Of a DNA stretch of 64,000 nucleotides, positions 49,141 through 61,827 are shown in pieces. Source of the DNA: Octopus sinensis (taxonomy: Eukaryota); the NCBI RefSeq assembly GCF_006345805.1, contig NW_021831988.1, positions 124,001 through 188,000 on the forward strand, read 5' to 3'. Numbering within the stretch: the stretch's first letter is position 1; every line of letters begins with the position of its first letter. Below the pieces are notes generated by a model, which made no database searches, was not told the DNA's origin, and was given only the letters and a program-made list of their open reading frames with translations. The translations under genes were made by a program, and so were the position numbers.

Positions 49141-50955
49141 ATGGACAGGTGGAACGTCCATCTAAATTACAACAAAAGAGAGGGGCATATTACAGGGCGA
49201 CAGCATGTCTCCGCTGCTGTTCGTCCTCTGCCTAGAACCGCTGAGTAGAGTCCTCACTGCCCAATTCGAACAAATGTCGATCGAACATGAAGGAGGGTGT
49301 TTTAGCACCAACCATCTCATGTTCATAGACGACATTAAGCTGTTCGCTCGGTCTTCAGAGATCCTTCACTCAATGGGTAAAGTCCTGAAAGGTTTCATGA
49401 AGGCCGTGGGGTTGGAGCTCAACTACAACAAGTCGGCGACTAACACCCCTGTGTGTGGTGACCTAGTCAAAGTCTTGGAGGAACACCAAGGATATAAGTA
49501 TCTTGGTGTGGTTGAGAGTCCAGCCTCATTAATCACACCCGAAACGAGAAAGTGTGTAGTGGAGGGTGTGCGTAGTAGGGCGGCAATGTTATGTAAGACT
49601 CGGCTCAATGCACGGAACTTATTTCATGCCTTGAACGAGTATGCCATCTCATTGCTAAACTACTACGTTGGCCTGATCGAATTCGAGCCGAGTGAGTACG
49701 ATGAAATGGACCTTATTGTCCGAAGAGTACTCCGAGAGAATCATGTCCACGTGTTGGCAAGCAATAAGGAGAGATTGTACTTGTCTCGCGGGCAGCTAGG
49801 ACGTGGACTGAGTAACATCGTACACTTAAGTGAGCGAATTCTTACTAAGATGCACGACACCTTGTGGAGTGGGTCGAGTGTATCCCAAAGGAAGGCTGCC
49901 ATCCTTGCTGCTGAAAAAGCGCGTGGTACACACCTAGGGACCATAAAAGGCTATGTGTCGGCTAAGTATGGTCTAGGTGCTACCCAAGTTAATGTGAAGG
50001 AGTTGATCAAACTTCAAAAGGAGTCTTTAATTAAAAAGATCAACTTAAAAGTCCTTCACAAGACTCTCTTTAGCAGCCTGGACAACCCGCACATTGACGT
50101 ATCGTCGTCATCTACGTGGCTGAAATATGGGAATAACTCTCCCCGATCAGAAGGGTTGTTCTCATATTTGCAGGATAGAAACTTTTTTAATGGTCAACGG
50201 AAACAGTGTAACCACTGTAAGAGTAAGGCAATGACCGTTGACCATTTAGCCACGAAGTGCGGGAGTATGCTTTACCATGATTACACATGGAGGCATAACG
50301 AGGTGGTGAGGTCCCTCCATCTTTTGCTCTGCAACAAGTATGCCTTGAGGCGGTCCAGAAAGTTGCGAACCCATCGAGTTCAATCGGTGTGTGAGAACTC
50401 GCGGGTGTGCATTAAGGTGGATACCCCCATACGCACCTCGATTGTTGTCCAGCACAACAGACCCGACATTGTGGTCCACGATAAGGTCACCGGGGAGATT
50501 GTTATCGTGGAGGTGGGCATCACGTGCCTAGACCGTTTGCAGATAGTGGAAGTGGAGAAAAGGAGGAAGTATGACCTCCTTGCAAACGAGCTAGGACTGA
50601 TGCACCAGTGCAAAGTCCATGTCATCCCGTGTGTGATGACATGGGATGGACTGGTCACCAAATACCACAAGCGGTACTTAAGACAGTTGGATGTAGATAA
50701 GTCTCTACAGGCTTATATACAGTCAACTGTTCTTAAGAGGACTCTGGAGAGTGTCTCGTTTGATGCTCGCCGATCCAGCCCTTTCCTGACGTTTAGTCAG
50801 CAAGAGGCGCTGGACTGCACCTTCTCGAAGGTCTACAGTGCCAGAGAAGAGGAGGAAGAAGGGGAGGAGGTGCGTGGAGTGCCGCCTTCTGCTCACTTCG
50901 AAGGCTCTGGACTTAGTTAGTAAAATTACTTAGTTAATTAGTTTCTTTCTTAATA
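49141..50955 (+). mobile_element. R4/Dong-like non-LTR retrotransposon, 5'-truncated, uninterrupted 571-aa RT-C/CCHC/restriction-like endonuclease ORF (49205-50920)
   Basis: QGDSMSPLLF, MFIDDIKL, YKYLG, RLYLSRGQLGRGL, CNHC...HLATKC...RHNEV and RPDIVV...E...K..KY. Confidence 0.93.
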
Positions 50956-51322
50956 AATGTTTACAACATGTAAGAGTTGGTAATGATAATATCGAGACTT
51001 GAAGCACCCTATATAAGCCTGAAAAAGCGGTAAAAATAGAAAAATGGTAAAAAAAATTAAAAAATGTCAAATTTTTAGGTAAAAAATGAGAGTGGCAAAT
51101 CATAGAGGAAGTAAATTAGAGAAGTTTGACTGTATAAAGTACGTGTATTTAAACATAAAAAATTCTTATAATTTTCACCAACCCAGCCATATTTATAAAA
51201 TTTAACTTATATTCAATTGTTTTAAAAATATATTTATCGTCAATAAATTGTTATACCAATTGTGTCCATTGTGGTTCCATATTGTATACATTCATTAATC
51301 CACATTAAAAATTATTTTAGAG

Positions 51323-52991
51323 ATGTCATCTGACATAAGAAACAATATCTCTCTAGTAGCTGCAGAGGCAGATTACAACGAAACCCAGCAGGCATTCTCT
51401 GCTGGCCAGGCAGAGCTCCTTGCAGAGTTTGAATTTAAAAAGAAGGTCTCCCATCCCCCAATATCCACATAGGCTCGCCAAATCCACGTCTCCACCGACG
51501 ACAGTGACGTAAAGTACCAACTAAGGAGACTCCAGGAACCAATAAGTAATCCATATATATAACCTCCAGTCTTGTTCGGGGAGGACGCGGCCGATCGAAG
51601 AGACCGTCTTCGTCTCCTCCTCGCCAAACACAGCGATGATATTTTCAAGATCCCCGGAGCCCCCAACCAAAGGGAGACCCAGGAAATGCAGGAATTGGAA
51701 CAAATTGTGTGGTATCACGAGGGGACGGAGGAATTGACCAAGGCCAGGCTGTGGATTGCCGAGTACTCAATTCCGAGGGCTGTCCAGAGATTGAAGAGCT
51801 GTGTGGAGCAGAAGGGTCTTCCCAACACTCAAAAAAATGCACACATTCAGGAAACTCACAAAAAAATATCGGTTAGTATGGTTAACCTAATTAAATAAAA
51901 TTTTTTTTCGATAGCGCGAAATTTAGAATATTTCTAGTGGATGCAGTCAAATGGCGGATTCTCGGCCGATTTCATGCTGCAATTTCAGTCCGAATGATCA
52001 AATGTTAGTCACAGGGTCTTGGTTAGTGCGAATATAGTAATTCATACAGGACAGGCACCTGTAAACTGTGGAGTGTCCCCAATTGTGATTTGATTAGAAC
52101 CTTAACTGGTAAGAACAGTCTTTAATTGTAGGACACAAGGATTCTGTCAGTTCAGTAGCATTTCATCCGAATGCGAGGGAAATTGAGAGTGAAGAGAGCG
52201 AAGGATCCCTCATGTTGGCCACGAGTGCCTTCGATGGGTCAGTCAAGTTGTGGGATTCGTCAAGTGACAAGGCAGTGGCTGATTTGGAGGGACATGCCCC
52301 CTACAGAGTGGGAGGACTGGGATGGCACCCCTCTGGTCTATTTCTGGCCACATGTTGGTGAGGATGTGGATTAACCCCAGTTATGACTGTTCGTGGAGAT
52401 TGTTTGATTTAGAAGAGAGTGTGGAAGTACTCCACCAAGAAGGGCATGTGCGGGCAGTGCATTGTGTGTCCTTCCAGTGTGATGGGTCACTCGTGGTCAC
52501 TGGGAGTCTGGACGAAACAGCGAGGGTGTGGGATTTGAGGACAGGGAGATGTGTCCTTCTCCTGAAGGGGCATCAAGGACCTGTTCTCTCCGTAGACTAT
52601 TCTCCCAGTGGGTATGAGTAGGGATATATGCAGATATATACTGGCCACAGGGAGTAGTGATAATACGTGCAAGATATGGGACTTGAGGCAACGGGCCTGT
52701 GTGTATACAATAGCCGCCCACACCAACAATGTGTCCTCTGTTAAGTTCCAGAGTGAGTTGTGTGTGATTAGTGTGATAGAGGGACATAATTATAGTGCTC
52801 ACTTTTTGGTGACGGGGTCGTATGACAAGACAGTCAAGATATGGACACATCCATTGTGGACTCCTTTAAAGACGTTGGAGGGACATATGGATAAGATTAC
52901 TTCCTTGGACGTCGATGTGGCTGGGGAGACTATTGTCACTACTAGTTTTGACAGGACTGTTCGGATTTGGAATTCACAAACACTCATGTGA
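51323..52991 (+). CDS. PRPF4: U4/U6 snRNP protein Prp4 (WD40), multi-intron
   Basis: [22 protein letters not shown]...[14 protein letters not shown]; WYHEG; [13 protein letters not shown]; WD repeats with HQEGH and VWDLRTGRC. Confidence 0.95.
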
Positions 52992-53544
52992 TTTTTTACT
53001 TAAAGGAAACAAATTTTATTCTTTTAGGATAATTAGGTAGTCCATCGAGTTTCCTTTTACTTTGCAATTTTTTATTTATTCTTTGTCTAATGAGGCAGGC
53101 AGAGTGGTTGGGCCTACTGGGGAATTTTGATAGCTTGGAGTGAGAATATTTGGCCAAAAAGTCGAATTTAATTTTTTCTTCAGATATATTTTAAAATCTG
53201 ATAAAATTGATAAAAATTAATTTAATTATTTAAATTTTGAAATTTTGTCTAAGAAATTTGGAAAAAACAACGACTTTCATTGGTATAAAATTTGGTTATT
53301 GTGAGATTAATATGTAGAATAACCTCCTTTTGCCGAATAGATCTCCCAACACCTTTTTTTCATTGACTCAACTAATTTTTCAAGTGTTTTTGATGGAATA
53401 GAATTCCAAATATCTAATAGATTTTCCTTTAGTGCCTGAATGTTCTCATTTTTTCTTTGCCTAATTTGAACCTTCATATAAGCCCACAAATGCTTTATCG
53501 GATTTAAATCCGGAGATTGCGAAGGCCATTCTAATTTTTTAATA

Positions 53545-55367
53545 CAGTGAATCCTCGCAAATTGGCCATTTTTGGTACATAGAGATTTTATGGCCAATTT
53601 GAGAAAATGGCCAATTTGAAAAAAATCAATATTTAAAAAATAAAATAAACACGTTTAAATTTTATTAAAATAAAATTCAATCCCTAATTCCTTTTTATTT
53701 GCTCTTTTTACATTTTCTTTGTATTTTCTTATTGCAGTAATCAGCGAAACATCATTCTCATTTTCTGCATTACAGTAAAGTTGCCTTTCTATTCTAGTTA
53801 ATGTCTTTGCAATATCTTTTCTATCGAGTGGATATATGATTTTTGTCTCTTCGTCGCTAATTTCAGACTCTTGATCCTCTTGTAAACAATTTTCGTTTAT
53901 ATCTTGATCTTCTGTGTTTTCGATATTTAGAAAATCTTCGCTCATTAGAGGATCGAAAATGTCAGTTCTTTCAATTTCAGTCTCATAATGTTCAATTAAT
54001 GTATTTTCGTGATTAGATTCATTTAAAATCTTAAAACAATTTTGAATAGTTTCAGTAGATACGTCATCCCAAGCCATATTAACAAACAAAATTGCATCTT
54101 TTAATGTCAATTTTTTGTATGAATTGTATACAGAAATATTTTCAGTCTCCAGCAAATCAGTTAAGTACTGTAGCTTTCTTCTCATGAAATGAGTCTTGAA
54201 GGTTTTTATAATTCCAATATCCATTGGTTGTAGTAATCCAGTAGAATTTTTAGGAAAAAATAAAATCTTAATACAATCCAAGTTTTGAGGAATAGAATGT
54301 GCAGGACAGTGGTCTATTAGCAATAAAATTTTCTTCTTTTTAATTTTAAGCTGAAGATCAAAGCTAATAATCCAATCAATAAAAATAGATCCAGTCATCC
54401 AAGCTTTCTGTGAGCTATAATATGAGACAAGACATCCATAGTCAAAATTTTTAAAACATCTAGGCATTTTTGGTTTTCCAATCATCACAGGTTTCAATTT
54501 ATGACTTCCGGTCATGTTTGAACAAAGCATAATAGACACACGGTCTTTAAAATTTTTGTATCCTTGGAATCGGTTTCTGCATACGCTTTTCGATGGAATA
54601 AGCTTGTAGTATAATGCAGTTTCATCCAAATTATAAATTAGATCAGGCTTATACGATTTAGAAATTTCTTTAAATTCTTCACGAAAAGAATTAATGTCAA
54701 CTACTTTATCTGTTCGCATCTCTCCATGTAATTTTAGCATTCTAAAACCGTGTCTCTTTTTGAATTTTGCCAGAAATCCATTAGAATTTTTAAAGTTACT
54801 AAGTTGTAGCTCTTCGGCAAAATGCGCAGCCTTACACGATATTAAGGAATCATTCAAAAAACCACCTAAAAATTGGTTTTCAATTAATACCTTTAGACTC
54901 TATTGTATCCATCCATTCGATCAATTTTTCTTCAAGCGTAGGAAATTTTGGTTTGTGAGCAGCTTTATACGAATTTTGATAGATTTTCGAATCCCGTAAA
55001 ATAGAGTCTTTATTAAGCAGTAGATTATTGATCGTCTTTCTCGAGATCGTCTTGTGGAATAAATGTGAGAATCTGTCAGCCAGAAGCTGACACGAAACAC
55101 TGTCATTTTCTTCCTTGTAGTTTATAATTTGTGTTTTTTCAAGAAAAGTGAGCCGAGTATAACGTCCACGAGAAATTTTATAAGACATGTGATTAAAAAA
55201 ATAGTTTATTTTCTAATTAAAAAAAATAATAATTCAAAAATTGTGGCCAATTTGAGAATTGGCCAATTTACTAAGAAAATTAATTTTTTTCTTAGTAAAT
55301 TGTGAAAAAATTGGCCAATTTAAAAATTGGCCAATTTGCGAGGTGGCCAATTTGCGAGGATTCACTG
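53545..55367 (-). mobile_element. Full-length pogo/Tigger DNA transposon
   Basis: Perfect 24-bp TIR CAGTGAATCCTCGCAAATTGGCCA, TA TSDs and subterminal TTGGCCAATTT repeats. Confidence 0.95.
53655..55188 (-). CDS. Tigger transposase, intact after splicing one 25-nt intron (54866-54890)
   Basis: Exons join as ESK-GGFLNDSL. Two HTH domains and a DD30D triad (NLDET, LIDHCPAH, QPMD). Confidence 0.88.
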
Positions 55368-56449
55368 TATGTTTTTCGCAAAAATATTGAATAATCATTT
55401 TGATGGGATGGCTGGGGTGAAAAATATAGTCAACAATCCTCATTTTTTGTGCAGAATATGGCAAATTATTTGTCAAAATAGATTGATATTTTGCAGCATT
55501 AAGCGTCTTGTCTATAAATACCAAATCGCCTACCCCATGATAGGAAAAACAACCCCACACCATGATTTTCCCTAATTTTTTATTACATCACAATTTACCT
55601 TTTTCAAATTTGACAGTTGGAGTAATATTTTAGGATTTATTTATTTAAAATTTTTTCTATACACAATTTTTCTTTTTTGGGTCGTTAATAATTAAAAAAT
55701 ACATTCATCAGGAAAGATTATTGATCCAAAATAATGGTCTGAAATTTAAAGAAATTTTTTGAATCTGGAAACCATGTGTTTTTTTGTTAGAAGTGGTTTT
55801 TTCTTTGCAATTCTTCCGAAAATTCCATTTTTATTTAAATTTCGTATTATGGTTCGAGACGAGACACGTGTTCCAGAAAACTTTTATATTTCATTAGAGA
55901 GTTCAGAAGCAGTTAAAGATGAATTTTCCTCTGATGTGCGTACCAAATGATTAATTTGCACATTATTCAAAATTGATAGTCTTCCAGAACCATGTTGGCG
56001 GTCATATGATCCAGTTTTATTGTATTTCTTGATAAAATTTACGACTGTTGAATATGGAACACCGGTTTCTTTAGAAATTTTAATATATGACATATTTAAG
56101 TCGTATAGCGCAATTATTTTCCCTTTCATAAACGAATCGAGAGTATTATATCTAAAAATATTTTTTTATTAAGATCAATCTCTAAATATTAGCATAATTT
56201 GACGGTTAAAATTTTATAACCAATTTTTATGTCACTAACCTAATTGCCGACATGCTTTAAATTTCTTGCAATATTAAAATTTAAATCTATTTTAATTATA
56301 AATACAAAATAAATATTATTTTAGAAGATCTAAAGGATCTTAAAGTATGAATTTATTCGTTTTTAAATGAAAAAAAGCAGGAAAGATTAAATAACCAAAT
56401 TTTTTGTCGAGGGGTGTATTTTGGGTGATTCCAAGCGTAAGTATTCGTT

Positions 56450-57640
56450 GCTTAGGAAAGCCAAGCGTATAGACTCAGAGTTCTAAGATGAGTTCTGTAT
56501 TGCTGAAAATGGTGTTTTATATTGTGCTCTTTGTTTATCCAAAGTCGACTGTTCAAAAAAATTTTCAGTCGATTCTCATCGTTCTTCTTTAAATTCAGTT
56601 CAAACAAAATAATTGAATAAATCAAAGTAGATTCGATTAATGAAACGATCACGGAACCTTTTGTACTAGCAAACATCCCGCAGTACAAATTAAATAATAA
56701 TTCGATCAAAAAATGTTTGAAACATTTAAAATTAACACTCAGTCCGAATTTTCATGCAGAACTACGGTTAAATTTCTTGCAGAAAAAAGATAAATGAGTT
56801 GACAAAATTATTAACGTATTAAAATTTATTTTTTGACTTTTAAAAACGAAAAGATTTTTATAATTAATGAAACAGATATCCGAAAGAAAATTTTTGTAGT
56901 GATTCTAATTGGAAGGATTCGCTTTCCAACAAAATCCAATTTGGTTGAATGCAAATCATGCCAATGCTGGTATCATCTGCCAAATAATAGATGATGTCAT
57001 TATAGATTATTCGTGACAATTTTTATCTATTAATTTCAGACGCGCTCCTTATATGATTTCTGGTGATATGAAAGTATATAAACAAATAGGTGGTAAATGG
57101 TCATCCATTACAACATGTGACTTGTGTTTCTGATTTTCTACACAATACGGTTTTACGTATAAAGTGTGCATATTCGGAAATAGATGGCTTAATTGCGAGG
57201 ATTAAAGCTGCCACAGTAAAAACCAAAAACTTCGTAATTTGTCCAAGGATGTAGGATACCTACCTGATGTGGTAATTACTGGGTATTTTTTCCTTAATTT
57301 ATGCAGATAGGGAAGTTGGTTTAAATCAGCAAAATATTATTTCATGAATTTTGAAATGATTTGTGAAATTGTTAACGCATTTCAGATGGCCTGGGGAAAG
57401 GCTTTGACAAAAGTTGTTGAGTCGTCTGATGCTATTTCAATGTTTTTGAAAAATATAGGCAAACATGTGTCTTCAATTGAATTAAGTGAAAAAAATCATT
57501 GCATTCAAAAATAAATTATATATGGAGAAATGAACTTTTGATATCAATGTTTCCTCTTGTTGAAACTTTTTATTGAAATACAGATCCCGATAATTCGTTA
57601 TTGAAAATTATTGATGGACATCTTGGAAATCTTGTCGAGA
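56450..57640 (+). pseudogene. Decayed hAT-like transposase with a 24-nt intron (57283-57306)
   Basis: ANIP..KL, SDA(A)PYM, HVTC and VVIT-(R)*GSWFKSAKYY motifs, with many stops. Confidence 0.6.
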
Positions 57641-57654
57641 TAATAGCAGACAGT

Positions 57655-58330
57655 TGCATCAGGTGACGTAGACTTATCTGTCACTCTGAGGGGAGTCGTT
57701 GTGTTACTCGATTAATCGTTCAGAATTGTTAAGGATTCCAAATGAGAAAGTAAAAGTTTTTTCTCTCATATCCGCTGACTGAGATGACACCCATAGGGGG
57801 TCTTTGCATTAAAGTCTCCCATAAGATGACTCAATCGACGCATGGCAGTTTAGAGAAATTTGGGAGGCTCAAGATCAAGAGCCAGGGGGTTGTACATATT
57901 GGCCAGCAATAATCGTCCCTTCGTTGTACAAAGCCAGATTCCGATTATCTCAGAAGCCTCATCAGCTTCGATAAGATTTTTCACTTTTGAGAAGACGTCT
58001 GTGTATTTCAAGTTTTTTCTGATTAGCGTTAGCAGGTCACCGCCTCCTTTCTCTTTGCGGTCCAACATGATAGCCTCGGGGAATGAGTGCGTAGGATCGT
58101 TAGGAGATGGTTTAGTCTCTTGTATCAAGTCACGTTGGTTTTCAGTTGTGAGCGCAGTTCTCTGATTTTCCATTAATCCCAATAATGTTTAGTTTCCCCT
58201 TTTGCTGGCTGCGGATGTCCTCCGGGATGGTTCAGTGTTATGTAGTGTCTCGGGACGAGAATGTGGCCAGAAGGGTAAGTTTTAATGATTCTTTTCCTGT
58301 GAGCATTAGGTGCCACTGAGCGTTTCCAAG
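57655..58330 (-). mobile_element. I/Jockey-like LINE fragment (ORF1 end plus APE endonuclease)
   Basis: DRKEKGGGDLLTLI...LLLANMYNP; homologous to 2855-3240. Confidence 0.7.
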
Positions 58331-58543
58331 TCCGTTTGAATTACAATTGAATTGGTGAACGAAATTCAAATTGTTTGTTTTCGCATGCAAGCCGAGACAA
58401 AGCACGGGAATCTTGTTGAGTTTTTTGGGAGGAACAATAGGTCAATAAATTTGCTGTAATAACTAATTTTATGCTTTTCGGTATCATAAAGGTTAACAAC
58501 TTTAATTGGGTACAAAATTGAACAGTCCATCCCATGTCATCAC

Positions 58544-61243
58544 TAGGGCAACCGAAAAGTTGCTCTTAAAAATGTAAAAAATTGACCTTAAAAGTCAACT
58601 AAATTGCTTTAAAAAATAAAAAAAGTTGACATAATATGCATAAAAAGTTGCCCTAAGAAACAGAAATTTATTTATTAAAGCACAATGAATAATATTTAAC
58701 ATTTTCAGGTAGGAAATTTCTATCTTTGGTTAAAATTTTGTGAAGAATAGAAAATGATCTTTCTACTTCACACGATGTTGCCGGGCAATCCAATAATAAT
58801 GCGTGGTGAAATGGAGTAATTGGTAGCTTAGAATACTCCATTATTTTGAAAATGTCGTTTCTTGAAATTCGTAAGCTTATGTAGTCTCGAATTTTGCAGG
58901 AATCTTCTTTAAAATCAACATTTTTCAAAAAATGATACGCTCTTGAAATAGTGAATTTATTAGATTCAATTTCCATTAAAATATCTGTTAATAAATAATA
59001 TTCCCGGCTTATGTCTTTTAAATTCGTATGAAGAAATTCATTCATAACGGATTCCTTTGCTCTTTGTATCAATAAAGATTCCTCTTCTATACCATTACAA
59101 ATATTGATGATTTGTGTTAAATTTTTTGCATAATAGTCAGCAGCATTTAACCAACTGCCCCATCTAGTTACAATGGGCTCGGGTGGATATCCAATTTCTG
59201 TAAATAATTGACGTCGTGAATTATTTTTGACAACAAGTGCTTTGACGCACGATATTAATTTATCTAACTCTGGATAATGTGATTTAATTCTGAAGGCACA
59301 ATTATGTAATAAATGCGCCACACAAGTAACATGAAATAGATTTGAATATAATTGCTTTAATACTTTTCCAGAAGAAACCATATATAAAGCAGCATCAGAA
59401 ATAAGTAAATAAAAATTTTTCCTATCAACATTGAGTTTTCGAATGACGTCATCAATAATTTGACATATAATCGCGGAATTGGGAGCTGTACTAATTGCAA
59501 TACAATCAATTAAAAAATATTCTTGTGGATTTTTTAACGTTCCAACAAGACAATTAATATACAGTGCGACCTCGAATTGGGGAAAACCAAGTAGCGGGGA
59601 AACCCTCTTTTTTGGGGAAAACCTTGCTTTTGGGGAAATATTTTTGCCATCCCTATAAAATACGATGATTTTTAATGAAATAAACCCCCTACCGGGGAAA
59701 AATTTTATATTATCATAAACGATTAATTAATATATTTGTATAATTTTTGATTTATTATTATTTATTTATTGTAACCTGTTTTTCCAAATTTGTAATCAAT
59801 AATTTTAAAATTTATTTAACCTGGTAACTTAGTTAGTTAGCTAATTAACCTGATATGATGCTTCGTGCAAAGCCTGGATGACAAAAAATATTTTTGAAAA
59901 TTGGTTATCTCGATTTAACGAGGAAATGAGAGAGAAAAGAAGGAAAATAGCATTGTTAATTGATAATGCAACTTGTCATGCTGTTTCTCTCAAACTTTCA
60001 AACGTCGACGTAATATTTTTTCCAAAAAATACAAGTTCCTTAATTCAGCCATGTGACCAAGGGATAATAAAGGCATTTAAGAATCATTTTAATAACTGGA
60101 TTATGAAAACAATTATCTATGATAAAAATCCTGCAGGGCAAATAGATGAAGCAATAAAGGGAATTACAATATTGGATGCTATTTCATGTTCGAAATTGGC
60201 ATGGGACGAGATTACAGACACTTCAATACAACATTGCTTTGAAAAAGCTTTGGAATATGACTGTCGGGAAAAAGAGGACATCGAAGAAAGTCTGATTAAT
60301 TCCGATATTGTGGAAAATGCGATTTTGGAGAGTTTCTGGGATGATAACAGTAGTGATGAAGAGGACTGCAGCGAACAATTTATGGAACATTTGGATGATC
60401 AACAAGTTATAAACAATACGGAATGCGCATTCACAATGCTGCTAAATGTTATTAAGCAAGAGACTCCGGAAAATGTACTTGATCTATTCGGATTCAAAGC
60501 AAATATTATGAGTTCGATGCGAAAAAAACAAAACACTCAATTAAAATTAACTGATTTTTTTATTAAAAAATAAAAATTGTAGTTATCCGTCTCGGTTATA
60601 TTATTAAGAGAGATATCGAACAGGCGAGACCTAAATTTAATGAAAAACCTTTTTTTTGGGGAAAACCTCAAAATTGGGGAAAAATTTCCCCAATTCGAGG
60701 TCGCACTGTACTTCTCTTTTCCAAAATCACTTTCGTCAATCATTAAAACAATTTGTTCACTTGAAACTGTGTTAATAATTTGTGAAACCATCCTTTCACC
60801 AAGAAATGTAACAATGTCTCTGCATTTGGTTTCCGAAGGAACAAAATGTCCATATTTATTAAAAAATCAATAATGGATGTATTTCGTAACTTATGAAGGA
60901 TATTTTTTAACAATAGAAGAAATTCGCTTAGTGTTGGAACTCCTGTTTTTAAGCATTGTAAAAAAGCAGTCAACAAAAACCGAAGAAACGTGCACTATGA
61001 AATTATATTAATATTAAAAAAAATGTTATTATAAATTTTTATTACTCAATAAAATAAAAGTTGACAATAAGAGTAAAAAAGTTGCTCAATAAAATAAAAG
61101 TTGACGGTAAGAGTAGATGACTTTGTTGCTTTTATAACTTTTTATATATACATTTTTTTATCGAAATAATTTGACTAATATCATTTTAACACTATAATTA
61201 AGCAAAAAACTCAAGTTGACTTTGTTGACTTTCGGTTGCCCTA
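58544..61243 (-). mobile_element. hAT-superfamily transposon interrupted by a Tigger element
   Basis: TIR TAGGGCAACCGAAA at both ends, perfect 8-bp TSD GTCATCAC, AAAGTTGAC subterminal repeats, and motifs IDES, SDAALYM, TCVAH, TRWGSW and VERSFS. Confidence 0.92.
59562..60708 (+). mobile_element. Internally deleted pogo/Tigger element nested in the hAT transposase
   Basis: Perfect 24-bp TIR CAGTGCGACCTCGAATTGGGGAAA, TA TSDs, GGGGAAAA subterminal repeats and a DDE_1 C-terminal ORF (LIDNATCH, QPCDQG). Confidence 0.93.
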
Positions 61244-61590
61244 GTCATCACACACTGGATGATGCCCACCTCCTAGCTCGTCTAGGCACGTGATGCCCAC
61301 CTCCACGATAATAATCTCCCCGGTGACCTTATCGTGGACCACAATATCGGGTTTGTTGTTCTGGACAACAATCGAGGTGCGTATGGGGGTATCCACCTTA
61401 ATGCACACCTTCGAGTTCTCACACACCGATTGAACTCGATAGGTTCGCAACTTTCTGGACCGCCTCAAGCCATACTTATTGTAGACCAGAAGAGATGGAG
61501 GGACCTCACCACCTCGTTATGCTTCCAAGTGTAATCATGGTGAATTTCATCGTACTCACTCGGCTCGAATTCGATCAGGCCAACGTAGTA
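61244..61590 (-). mobile_element. Mosaic, internally deleted R4-like fragment (continues left of the hAT at about 58523-58543)
   Basis: Reverse-complement matches to 50280-50660 and 49660-49710. Confidence 0.85.
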
Positions 61591-61827
61591 AAAACTTTTT
61601 TGATATGAGTGACAATTTTAATAACATCGGCAAGAACATTTTTAAGTTCCTAGAAGCATTGTTGACAGCAAGAGCATAGCAATGCAACATTGAATGAAGA
61701 TGTTTTACATTTACTTTGATATATTGTACCTTACCTCGGAAACCAGAGTTACATTCAATGCGATTCGGAAAAAAAATTCACAGTTACATGTTTGAAAATT
61801 TTATTTATAAATTGTGAGCATATTTTC

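Larger units (their letters stand above)
53300..56129 (-). mobile_element. Decayed Tc1/mariner transposase interrupted by a Tigger insertion; carries a 27-nt intron (55572-55598)
   Basis: Paired-like HTH (55884-56129), TVKFEK-GKIMVWGCF, and WPSQSPDLNPIKHLW rejoining in frame once 53545-55367 plus one TA is removed. Confidence 0.85.
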
